Shown: positions 37,085 to 45,596 of the stretch, in pieces
Layout of the letters: each line of letters starts with the position of its first letter
Numbering within the stretch: position 1 is the stretch's first letter
NCBI GenBank assembly: GCA_038276285.1
Contig: JBBPZR010000119.1
Span: 6,943 to 70,942, forward strand
From: Mycobacteriales bacterium
Lineage (GTDB): Bacteria > Actinomycetota > Actinomycetes > Mycobacteriales > QHCA01
Reading direction: 5' to 3'
DNA: 64,000 nt
Position numbers and translations under genes: made by a program
Notes under the pieces: model-generated
What the model was told of the DNA's origin: nothing
Databases searched by the model: none
What the model saw: the letters and a program-made list of their open reading frames with translations, nothing else

Positions 37085-37252
37085 ATGGCGGCGATGAAGC
37101 CGCGGACAGGTGACGGTCCGCTCGAGGTCACCAAGGAAGGCCGCGGCATCGTCATGCGCGTACCGCTCGAAGGTGGCGGCCGGCTCGTGGTGGAGATGTC
37201 CCCCAGCGAGGCCGGCGAGCTGGGCGATGCCCTCAAGGCGGCCGCCGACTGA
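37085..37252 (+). CDS. DUF3117-family small conserved actinobacterial protein (Rv1211-like)
   Basis: 55 codons, absent from the ORF track. GAGGGGA RBS. Sequence [55 protein letters not shown]. Confidence 0.85.
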   Translation: MAAMKPRTGDGPLEVTKEGRGIVMRVPLEGGGRLVVEMSPSEAGELGDALKAAAD

Positions 37253-37332
37253 CCCCGCTGTTCCTCCGCTGGCGACCTCGCCGACGCTCGCCGGCGGCCT
37301 CTTCGGCGTTGCCCGGCGACTACTGTCAGACC

Positions 37333-38565
37333 ATGGTGTCGCGACGTGGCAGCCAGAACGTCCTGGGAATCGTGCTCGCCGGCGGTGCCGGCAAGCGGCT
37401 GATGCCGCTGACGAGAGACCGCGCCAAGCCGGCCGTGCCCTTCGGCGGCATCTACCGGCTGATCGATTTCGTCCTCTCCAACATGGTCAACGGCGGCTAT
37501 CTGCGCCAGTGCGTGCTCACGCAGTACAAGTCACACTCCCTCGACCGCCACATCACCACCACCTGGCGGATGTCGACCCTGCTCGGCAACTACGTCACAC
37601 CGGTGCCGGCCCAGCAGCGGCTGGGCCCGCGATGGTTCACCGGCAGCGCCGACGCCATCTTTCAGTCGCTCAACCTCGTCTACGACGACGACCCGGAGTA
37701 CGTCGTGGTGTTCGGCGCCGACCACGTCTACCGGATGGACCCCTCGCAGATGGTCGAGCGGCACATTGAGAGCGGAGCCGGCGTGACGGTGGCCGCTATC
37801 CGGGTGCCCAGGTCCGAGGCGAGTTCGTTCGGCGTCATTCAGACCGCCGACGACAGCACGGCGATCTCCGGCTTCCTCGAAAAGCCGCAGGACCCGCCCG
37901 GTCTGCCGGACAGCCCCGACGAGGTATACGCATCGATGGGCAACTACGTGTTCAGCGTCGACGTGCTGCTGGGCGCGGTCCGCGAGGACGCCCGCAATGA
38001 GGATTCCGCACACGACATGGGCGGCGACATCATCCCGCTGCTGACCGAACGGGGCCAGGCCAAGGTCTACGACTTTGCTGACAACGGCGTGCCCGGCACC
38101 ACGGAACGCGACCGCGGTTACTGGCGCGACGTCGGCACGCTCGACTCCTACTACGACTCCCACATGGACATGGTGTCGGTGCACCCGGTCTTCAACCTCT
38201 ACAACCGGCAGTGGCCGATCTTCACCTCGATGCCGCAACTGCCGCCGGCGAAGTTCATCGCGGGCGGCCTGGCGCAGGGGTCGATGGTCTCGCCGGGCTG
38301 CATCGTGGCGGGCGGTCAGGTGCGGGGTTCGGTGCTGTCCCCTGGAGTGCACGTGCTCGATGGCGCCACGGTCGAGGATTCGATCCTGCTGAGCGGCGTG
38401 ACCATCGGCAAGGGTGCGGTGATCCGCCGGGCGATCCTGGACAAGAACGTCAAGGTGCCCGACGGGGCGCGCATCGGCGTGGATGCCGAAGAGGACCGCA
38501 GCCGCTTCACGGTCAGCCCCGGTGGCGTCGTCGTTCTGGGCAAGGGCGAGCAGGTCGCTGGCTGA
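37333..38565 (+). CDS. glgC: Glucose-1-phosphate adenylyltransferase
   Basis: Contains [40 protein letters not shown], and a C-terminal beta-helix. Confidence 0.93.
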   Translation: MVSRRGSQNVLGIVLAGGAGKRLMPLTRDRAKPAVPFGGIYRLIDFVLSNMVNGGYLRQCVLTQYKSHSLDRHITTTWRMSTLLGNYVTPVPAQQRLGPRWFTGSADAIFQSLNLVYDDDPEYVVVFGADHVYRMDPSQMVERHIESGAGVTVAAIRVPRSEASSFGVIQTADDSTAISGFLEKPQDPPGLPDSPDEVYASMGNYVFSVDVLLGAVREDARNEDSAHDMGGDIIPLLTERGQAKVYDFADNGVPGTTERDRGYWRDVGTLDSYYDSHMDMVSVHPVFNLYNRQWPIFTSMPQLPPAKFIAGGLAQGSMVSPGCIVAGGQVRGSVLSPGVHVLDGATVEDSILLSGVTIGKGAVIRRAILDKNVKVPDGARIGVDAEEDRSRFTVSPGGVVVLGKGEQVAG

Positions 38566-38588
38566 GTACGGCCGTCAACGGCTGAGCG

Positions 38589-39215
38589 TCAGCGACTGAG
38601 CACGGCGGTGAGCAGCCCGTCGCCCACCGGCAGCAGGGCCGGGGTGAGGCGGTCGTTGTCGCGTACCAACCGGCCGACCTCTCGCAGGGCGACCGTGTCA
38701 GGGTCGCGCGCCGACGGGTCGGCGACCTTGCCGTTCCACAGCGCGTTGTCGAAGGCCACCACGCCGCCGGGCCGGAGCAGCCGCAGCGCCTCGGCGAGAT
38801 ACTCGGCGTACTCCGTCTTGACCGCGTCGCAGAACACCAGGTCGTAGGAGGCGTCAGCGAGCCGTGGCAGCACTTCGAGCGCCCGGCCGGTGATGGTGCG
38901 CGCCCGGGAGGTGGCGAACCCCGCCTCGGTGAAGGCCTCACGCGCCAGCCGCTGATGCTCGGCCTCGGTGTCGATGGTCGTGAGGACGCCCTCGGGATGC
39001 ATGCCGCGCAGCAGCCACAGCCCGGAGACGCCGGCCCCGGTGCCGATCTCGACGACGGACCGGGCGGCGACGGCCGCGGCCAGCATCCGCAGGACCGCCC
39101 CACCGCCGCTCCCGATGGGGACCACACCGACCTCGTCGGCGCGCTGTCGAGCCGCTATGAGTACCGGATCCTCGGACAGGTAGCTCTCCGCGTACTCCGC
39201 GGCGGATGCTGGCAC
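38589..39215 (-). CDS. Class I SAM-dependent O-methyltransferase (caffeoyl-CoA OMT-like, Rv1220c-like position)
   Basis: GTG 39215 with GAGGAGG RBS. Contains VVEIGTGAGVSGLWL and FCDAVKTEY. Confidence 0.85.
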   Translation of the reverse strand: MPASAAEYAESYLSEDPVLIAARQRADEVGVVPIGSGGGAVLRMLAAAVAARSVVEIGTGAGVSGLWLLRGMHPEGVLTTIDTEAEHQRLAREAFTEAGFATSRARTITGRALEVLPRLADASYDLVFCDAVKTEYAEYLAEALRLLRPGGVVAFDNALWNGKVADPSARDPDTVALREVGRLVRDNDRLTPALLPVGDGLLTAVLSR

Positions 39216-39262
39216 GGCGTACCTCCTCGGCTCCCGATTCGGCTACTGGCCAGCCTAGCGAC

Positions 39263-39997
39263 CTATCGCGCAACCGTCGGTTGCACCGCCGCGACAGTCT
39301 CGGCGGCGATGAGCCGGAGCTTGACGTTGCGGTGCTGGGAGACGTGCCGCAGGTGGTCGAAGGCCTGGCTCGGTGAGCAGCGCCGGCCCGCCATTGTCAC
39401 CCCGATGGCCTGGTCGATCACCGCCCGGCTGGTCAGCGCTGCCTGCAGGTGCTCTCTGAGCTGCACCTGGTCGCAGTGCCGGGCCGCGGCCATGAGCACG
39501 AGGGCGGCCTGCGCCGCGAATGCCGCTCCGATCTGGCGGTCGCTGGCGCTGTACTCCCGGGCTTCGCGGCCGTAGAGGTTCAGCACGCCCAGCGTGCGCC
39601 CGCCCACCGTGAGAGGAAGGGAGAACACGGTCAGCACATCGAGGGCCACCGCCTGCCGCCCGAAGTTGTACCAGCGCGCGTCGGTGCGGCAGTCGGTCAC
39701 CGTGACGATGGCACCCGTGCGCATCGCCTCCAGGCACGGTCCCGTGTCGGCGGTGTACTGCATCTCGTCGACCGCGTGTGCGCGGGGTTCGGTGCAGGCG
39801 ATCGTGTGCGGCCGGCCATGGAGGTCCACGGTGGCGCCGCAGGCATCGACACCGGCCAGGCCGTTCGCGGCCAACCGGGCAACGCGCTCGAGAAGTTCTT
39901 CGATCCGCTCGTCGGAGAGCAGGAGGGCGGTCAATTCCGACAGCGCCACCCCGATGTCGGGCGGAGGACGCAGGTTGGTCGACGCGGTGCTTGGCAT
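39263..39997 (-). CDS. GAF-ANTAR RNA-binding regulator
   Basis: ATG 39997. A GAF-like domain is followed by ANTAR ([52 protein letters not shown]). Confidence 0.85.
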   Translation of the reverse strand: MPSTASTNLRPPPDIGVALSELTALLLSDERIEELLERVARLAANGLAGVDACGATVDLHGRPHTIACTEPRAHAVDEMQYTADTGPCLEAMRTGAIVTVTDCRTDARWYNFGRQAVALDVLTVFSLPLTVGGRTLGVLNLYGREAREYSASDRQIGAAFAAQAALVLMAAARHCDQVQLREHLQAALTSRAVIDQAIGVTMAGRRCSPSQAFDHLRHVSQHRNVKLRLIAAETVAAVQPTVAR

Positions 39998-40157
39998 GGG
40001 AAACCCTGTTGCCCAGCTGCCATCAGATGGTGGTCGGAGGAAACCGAGGGACCCGGGCCGGATGGCAGTGCCGGAGCGGGCGGGGACGGAACGCCCCAAG
40101 TGCCGATTCATAGTCCAACCGATGGGCCGAGTGTACGCCCGCGGGGATCGGCGCCGG

Positions 40158-40183
40158 GGAACCGATCGCCGCTGGCGCCCGTT
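40158..40183 (+). promoter_or_regulatory. Candidate SigH/SigR/SigE-type ECF promoter upstream of sigE (GGAAC-N17-CGTT)
   Basis: GGAAC at 40158-40162 and CGTT at 40180-40183. It lies 77-125 nt upstream of the candidate sigE starts. Confidence 0.4.
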
Positions 40184-40209
40184 CCTGCTGGAGACGTTCC
40201 TGCTGGAGA
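40180..40209 (+). repeat. Perfect tandem duplication, 2 x 15 bp (CGTTCCTGCTGGAGA)
   Basis: 40180-40194 is identical to 40195-40209. The first unit begins with the CGTT of the putative -10 element. Confidence 0.95.
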
Positions 40210-40259
40210 TGAGCCCGGCAGGTGAGGGCAGGTGGCATCCCCAGGAGGCGCGAGGCACG

Positions 40260-40868
40260 ATGGTGGCGACCGTGTCCGCACTTCGCCAGGGAGGCGTCGC
40301 ACCCACCATGGCGAATGTCGACGCCCCCGACCCCACAGCCGAGTGGGTGCCACCGACCTGGGACGAGGTCGTCCGGCTGCATTCGCCGCGGGTATATCGG
40401 CTCGCCTACCGGCTGACCGGCAATCGGCACGACGCCGAGGACCTGACACACGACGTCTTCATGCGCGTGTTCCGCTCGCTCGCGACCTACACTCCCGGCA
40501 CGTTCGAGGGCTGGCTGCACCGGATCACCACCAACCTGTTCCTCGATCGCGTCCGCCGCGATCAGCGGATCCGCTTTGATGCCTTGCCCGACGACAGCGA
40601 GCGCATTCCCGGTCGCGAGCGCACGCCCGAGCAGGTATACGAAGACACCCACTTCGGCGACGACGTCCAGGCGGCCCTCGACTCCCTGCCACCGGACTTC
40701 CGTGCCGCCGTCGTGCTCTGCGACATCGAGGGACTGTCGTACGAAGAGATCGCCGCGACCCTCGGGGTCAAGCTCGGCACCGTCCGCAGCCGGATCCACC
40801 GGGGCCGCGCGCACCTGCGCCGATCGCTGCCTCACCGGTCTCCCCGAGCGGCGGATGAGGCTCAATGA
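40260..40868 (+). CDS. sigE: ECF sigma factor SigE
   Basis: Near-identical blocks to mycobacterial SigE as recalled ([75 protein letters not shown]). Alternative start ATG 40308. Confidence 0.92.
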   Translation: MVATVSALRQGGVAPTMANVDAPDPTAEWVPPTWDEVVRLHSPRVYRLAYRLTGNRHDAEDLTHDVFMRVFRSLATYTPGTFEGWLHRITTNLFLDRVRRDQRIRFDALPDDSERIPGRERTPEQVYEDTHFGDDVQAALDSLPPDFRAAVVLCDIEGLSYEEIAATLGVKLGTVRSRIHRGRAHLRRSLPHRSPRAADEAQ

Positions 40869-41473
40869 CAAGCCGCGACGGACATCTCGGCGAGCTCGCG
40901 GCCGCACTCGCCGACGGAGCGCTCGATGGCGGCACCCGCGACCAGGCGCTGGCCCATCTCGCCGGCTGCTCCGACTGCCGGGCAGAGGTCGAGGCGCAGC
41001 GCCGGCTCAAGGAGCGACTCCGGCGGCTGCCCGACCCCGAGCCATCGGCCGCGCTCAGTGACCGGCTGCGTGCCCTTGGTGCCATCGGCGTGGCCGGTGA
41101 CGCGACCGCGTCGGCCTCCGGTCAGAGCCACGTGCTCCTGCCCGCTAGTTCACCCGACCGGCTCCCGTTGCCGAGTGCGCCGGGCCGCCCGGCCGGCCCC
41201 CCGGGCATCGCGGCCCGCCGCCCGGTCGGTGCCTCTCGTCCCGCCCCTGTCGCCGGCCGGCTTCGGCGGCCGCGTGGTCGCCGGGTCGCGGGTGGCCTGA
41301 CAGTGGTCGCGCTGGGCTTCGTCGTAGCCGTGTCCCTCACGCCCGAGCGCCGCCAGGTCCCCGCCGTTTCGCCACCTGTGGCCCGCTATACCGTCGAGCA
41401 CGCCCGGACCACCGGCGGCTTCCCTGGTGCGGATCCCGGCGCGGGCGCCGTGACCGTCTCCCTGAATCGATGA
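40865..41473 (+). CDS. rseA: Anti-sigma-E factor RseA (zinc-associated anti-sigma type)
   Basis: ATGA overlap with sigE. HxxxCxxC motif (AHLAGCSDC), a central Pro/Arg-rich region and a TM helix. Confidence 0.8.
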   Translation: MTSRDGHLGELAAALADGALDGGTRDQALAHLAGCSDCRAEVEAQRRLKERLRRLPDPEPSAALSDRLRALGAIGVAGDATASASGQSHVLLPASSPDRLPLPSAPGRPAGPPGIAARRPVGASRPAPVAGRLRRPRGRRVAGGLTVVALGFVVAVSLTPERRQVPAVSPPVARYTVEHARTTGGFPGADPGAGAVTVSLNR

Positions 41474-42552
41474 GCGGAACGCTTCGACTCTCCCGAGTGC
41501 TCGCCCTCATGCTGGGCGCAGGCGCGATCGGAGGGGTGGCCCTGCCCGCGCTCGTCGCCGGGACACCGCGGATCGGCTCCGCCGAGCTGACCTTCGGGCC
41601 CGGACTGGCCGCGGCGACTCCGACGCCGAATGCGCAGGAACGCGAGGCGATCGAGTTGCTCCGCCGGGCGGCGACGGCCGGCCGCGACCGCACCTACGCC
41701 GGCACCCAGTTCGTCAACAGCTGGTCGCGGGCGGGCGCCTCCAGCGTCGTGGTGGACCTCCAGCACATGCCCGGTCGCGGGATGCTGGTCCGGCTGTCCG
41801 GCGGCAACGCATCCAACATCGTCGACGACGCCGGCACCGCCGCTCTCGATCCGCGAGCGCTGGCCGTGCTCGAGCGGCACTACTCCCTCGCCATCGCGCC
41901 ACATCCGGGGCAGTGCGCCGGGCGCACCGCGCGCATCGTCGAGGCCCGGCCGCGGGGGAGTTCGGCGGTGGCCGGTCGGTTCTGGCTCGATGAGGCCACC
42001 GGTTTGGTGCTGCGGCGCGAGTTGTACGACCACAACGGGCGGACCGTCCGTGCGGCCGCCTTCGTCGACTTGCAGATGGCTGCGCCACGGCCGTGGACCG
42101 GTCCGTCCCAGGGTTCGGCCGACGACGGAGTGTCGGTCGCGGATGCACAGCTCGCGACCCTGCGTCGCGACGGCTGGCAGGCGCCCGAGCGGCTCAGCGG
42201 TGGCCTGGAACTCCTCGATGCACGCCGGCGGGCCGGCGAACTGCAGCTGAGCTACACCGACGGTTTGTTCGCCGTGTCGGTCTTCGCCCAACGTGGACGG
42301 CTGGATTCCCACTCGGTCCAGCACTGGCAGCGGGTCACGATGGGTGACACGCGGGCCTGGGCCCAGCCTGGTCTCTCCGAAAAGGTGGTATGGGCCGGCG
42401 GCGACTGGGTCTACACGGCCGTGGCCGACGCTCCGGACGCCGTGGTCTCCGCCGCGGTGGCCGGTTTCCCCGCCGTCACCCGGGAGAGTTTCCAGCACCG
42501 CGTCTGGCGTGGCCTGCACCGGATGGGATCCTGGTTCGACCCCACGGGCTAG
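41470..42552 (+). CDS. Exported MucB/RseB-like protein
   Basis: ATGA overlap with rseA. An N-terminal signal/TM segment is followed by RseB-like blocks (GTQFVNSWSRAG...FWLDEATGLVLRRELYDHNGRTVRAAAFVDLQ). The assignment is by eye only. Confidence 0.55.
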   Translation: MSGTLRLSRVLALMLGAGAIGGVALPALVAGTPRIGSAELTFGPGLAAATPTPNAQEREAIELLRRAATAGRDRTYAGTQFVNSWSRAGASSVVVDLQHMPGRGMLVRLSGGNASNIVDDAGTAALDPRALAVLERHYSLAIAPHPGQCAGRTARIVEARPRGSSAVAGRFWLDEATGLVLRRELYDHNGRTVRAAAFVDLQMAAPRPWTGPSQGSADDGVSVADAQLATLRRDGWQAPERLSGGLELLDARRRAGELQLSYTDGLFAVSVFAQRGRLDSHSVQHWQRVTMGDTRAWAQPGLSEKVVWAGGDWVYTAVADAPDAVVSAAVAGFPAVTRESFQHRVWRGLHRMGSWFDPTG

Positions 42553-42626
42553 CGGACTGACGGGGACTTCACACCTCGCGCGGCACCATCAGCTATGACA
42601 GCCGCGCAGGAGGGAACGACACCACG

Positions 42627-43976
42627 ATGACCGACACCCCGCAAGGGACGCCCCCCGTGCCTCCCCAGCAGTCCCCGTGGTGGGCCGAGGGAGCCCAGCA
42701 CGACCCCTGGCGTGACCCACGCTCGGCGGCCAGCTGGAGCGCTCCGACCCAGCAACTGCCCCGCCCGCCGTGGGGGCCACCGGCCGGTGCACCGCCGATT
42801 GGGCAGCCACCCCCAGTCGGGCAGCCCCCCGTCGGGCAACCGCCCGTGCCGCGCCCCGGCACCGCTGCGGGCGGCAACCCGCCCCGGCACGGCCTGCGGA
42901 TGGTGGTCGCGGTCGCTCTGGTCACCGGCCTGGTCGCCGGCGGTGCGGCCGGCGTCACCGGCTACGAGATCGCGCGCCAGTCCGGCAACGGCATCCTGCC
43001 CGCTCAGGCCACCAGCCCGCTAGGCGTGCCGGCCGCCGCCAACCGCGCGCCGACTTCCGTGGCCGGCATTGCCGCGCGGGTGCTCCCCAGCGTGGTGTCG
43101 ATCAAAGTCTCGACCGGGACGGGTGAGGGCACCGGCTCGGGCTTCGTGATCCGCAAGGACGGCTACATCCTCACCAACAACCACGTGGTGGCCAGCGCCG
43201 CCTCCGGCGGTGACATCGCGGTGGCCTTCAAGGACGGGTCCACCGTCCCGGCCACCATCGTCGGCCGGGACCAGTACTCCGATCTGGCCGTCGTCAAGGT
43301 CGCCCGGACGGACCTCTTGCCGGTCACGCTCGGCGACTCCTCGGCCCTCGCTGTCGGCGACCCCGTCGTCGCCGTCGGTTCGCCGCTGGGGCTCGCGGGC
43401 ACCGTGACCTCGGGCATCATCAGCGCCCTCAACCGGCCGGTGCAGGCGGGCGGCTCGGAGCGGGGGAGCGGCACTGAGGCGAGTACCACCTACATCTCGG
43501 CCATCCAGACCGATGCGGCCATCAACCCCGGCAACAGCGGCGGACCGCTCCTCGACGGCGACGCGCGCGTGATCGGGATCGACTCCGCAATCGCCACGCT
43601 GACCAGCGGCGGCGGTCAAGCCGGCAGCATCGGTCTCGGCTTCGCCATCCCGATCAACCAGGCCAAGCGGGTGTCCCAGCAGCTGATTTCCAGCGGCCAT
43701 GCCACCCGGACCGTCATCGGTGCTTCGATTGACTCCGCGTACAAGGGTGCCGTCGACGGGGTACGGCTGGCCGAGGTCCCCTCCGGCCCCGCGCAGAGAG
43801 CCGGCTTGAAGCCCGGCGACGTCATCACCCGGTTCGGGGACAAGGTGGTCGACGACCCGGTCGCGCTGATCGCCGACATCCGGGCGCAGGAGCCGGGGGC
43901 TCAGGTCAAGGTCACTTACGTACGCGACGGACGTAGGCTCACCACAACCGTCACCCTCGCCGCCGCGACGAACTGA
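42627..43976 (+). CDS. htrA: HtrA/PepD-type S1C serine protease with PDZ domain
   Basis: Pro-rich cytoplasmic N-terminus and a TM helix. Catalytic TNNHVV, DLAVVK and GNSGGPL, then a C-terminal PDZ domain. AGGAGGG RBS. Confidence 0.9.
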   Translation: MTDTPQGTPPVPPQQSPWWAEGAQHDPWRDPRSAASWSAPTQQLPRPPWGPPAGAPPIGQPPPVGQPPVGQPPVPRPGTAAGGNPPRHGLRMVVAVALVTGLVAGGAAGVTGYEIARQSGNGILPAQATSPLGVPAAANRAPTSVAGIAARVLPSVVSIKVSTGTGEGTGSGFVIRKDGYILTNNHVVASAASGGDIAVAFKDGSTVPATIVGRDQYSDLAVVKVARTDLLPVTLGDSSALAVGDPVVAVGSPLGLAGTVTSGIISALNRPVQAGGSERGSGTEASTTYISAIQTDAAINPGNSGGPLLDGDARVIGIDSAIATLTSGGGQAGSIGLGFAIPINQAKRVSQQLISSGHATRTVIGASIDSAYKGAVDGVRLAEVPSGPAQRAGLKPGDVITRFGDKVVDDPVALIADIRAQEPGAQVKVTYVRDGRRLTTTVTLAAATN

Positions 43977-43993
43977 CGGCCTAGGCTCAGATC

Positions 43994-44338
43994 GTGTTCA
44001 ACTCGATCGGTTGGCCCGAGGTGGCGGTGCTCCTCGTCCTCGCGCTGTTCGTGTTCGGCCCGGAGCGGCTGCCGAGCATGGCGGCCGAGGCGGGACGCAT
44101 GTTGCGCACGCTGCGCCAGATGGCCAACAGTGCTCGTACGGACCTGCAGTCCGAGCTCGGTCCCGAGTTGGGTGATCTCGACCTCGCCTCGCTCAACCCC
44201 AGGACGTTCGTCCGCAAGCACCTGTTCGAAGACGATGAGGCGCCGGAAGACGTCGCCGTCCTGGCGGCGCGCCGGCCGCCACCCCTGCGGCCCCTTGCCG
44301 ATGGCGAGCGGGCGCCCTACGACGCCGACGCCACCTGA
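43994..44338 (+). CDS. tatB: Twin-arginine translocase subunit TatB
   Basis: FNSIGWPEVAVLLVLALFVFGPERLP followed by an amphipathic helix. Confidence 0.85.
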   Translation: MFNSIGWPEVAVLLVLALFVFGPERLPSMAAEAGRMLRTLRQMANSARTDLQSELGPELGDLDLASLNPRTFVRKHLFEDDEAPEDVAVLAARRPPPLRPLADGERAPYDADAT

Positions 44339-44398
44339 ACCACACCGAGGCCTCAAACCGGGTCTGCGGCGCGTTGAGCGACGGTGCCGCCGAGCGGA

Positions 44399-45541
44399 CT
44401 AGCGCATGCCCACCGGCGTCAGCGAAAGGGATCGCCCCGCCAGCCCGCGGCCGCGGGCCGCCAACGCCTCGGCCAACGCCAGCAGAGCCACCGATGCCGG
44501 TGCCGTCGGCTCATCCAGGACCAACGGATGGCCGCTGTCGCCGCCCTCGCGCAGCCGGACATCGATCGGCACCTGGCCGAGTAGCGGCACCGTGGTGCCG
44601 GTCGAGCGTGACAAGGACGCCGCCACCTGCGCGCCACCACCGCGGCCGAAGAGCTCGAGGCGGGAGCCGTCGGGCTGCTCCAGCCAACTCATGTTCTCCA
44701 CCACACCGACTATCTGCTGGTGGGTCTGCAGCGCGATCGAGCCGGCCCGCTCGGCCACCTCGGCGGCGGCCTGTTGCGGTGTCGTGACCACGAGGATCTC
44801 GGCGTTGGGCACCAGCTGCGCCACCGAGATGGCGATGTCGCCGGTGCCGGGGGGAAGGTCCATGAGCAGGACGTCGAGGTCACCCCAGAAGACATCGGCC
44901 AGGAACTGTTGCAGGGCCCGGTGCAGCATGGGCCCCCGCCACACGACGGCGGTGTTGCCCTCGGTGAACATCCCGATCGAGATCACCCGCATGCCGTAGG
45001 CCTGGGGAGGCATGATCATCTGCTCGACCTGGGTGGGCCGCTCGGTGATGCCGAGCATCCGCGGCACCGAGAAGCCGTAGATGTCGGCGTCGACCAGCCC
45101 GACGGACAGGCCGCGCCGGGCCAGCGCGGCGGCCAGGTTGACGGTCACCGTCGACTTGCCGACCCCGCCCTTGCCGCTGGCCACCGCGTACACCTTGGTC
45201 AACGACCCGGGCCGGGCGAAGGGGATCTCCTTGGCCGGCGCACCTCCGCGGAGCTGCGTCTGCAGGGCCGCGCGTTGCTCGGGACTCATCACGTCGAGGG
45301 CGACGCGGACCGCCGTGACGCCCGCCAACCGGCCTACGGCGGCTGTCACGTCTGCCGTGAGCTTGTCCTTGAGCGGGCAGGCCGCGATCGTCAGGAAGAT
45401 CGCCACATCGACCGATCCGTCGGCCTGCACCTCGACGCTCTTGACCATGCCGATCTCGGTGATAGGCCGCCGGATCTCGGGGTCGATGACGGTGGCCAGG
45501 GCCGCGTGGACCTGGTCGAGCAGGGTGTCGGTGGTCGTCAT
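44399..45541 (-). CDS. mrp: Mrp/ApbC-type Fe-S cluster carrier ATPase
   Basis: N-terminal DUF59-like domain, deviant Walker A ASGKGGVGKST, and CxxC-containing C-terminal half. Confidence 0.9.
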   Translation of the reverse strand: MTTTDTLLDQVHAALATVIDPEIRRPITEIGMVKSVEVQADGSVDVAIFLTIAACPLKDKLTADVTAAVGRLAGVTAVRVALDVMSPEQRAALQTQLRGGAPAKEIPFARPGSLTKVYAVASGKGGVGKSTVTVNLAAALARRGLSVGLVDADIYGFSVPRMLGITERPTQVEQMIMPPQAYGMRVISIGMFTEGNTAVVWRGPMLHRALQQFLADVFWGDLDVLLMDLPPGTGDIAISVAQLVPNAEILVVTTPQQAAAEVAERAGSIALQTHQQIVGVVENMSWLEQPDGSRLELFGRGGGAQVAASLSRSTGTTVPLLGQVPIDVRLREGGDSGHPLVLDEPTAPASVALLALAEALAARGRGLAGRSLSLTPVGMR

Positions 45542-45596
45542 GGTCCACCCATGGTACGTGGGCGCCGCATCCCCGCTGGCCGTCAGTAGGCCGCTG

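Noticed and set aside
42526-42552. GGTTCGACCCC, a tRNA T-loop-like string
   Set aside because: The flanks do not form a T-stem or the rest of a cloverleaf. The string lies inside the 3' end of the RseB-like CDS.
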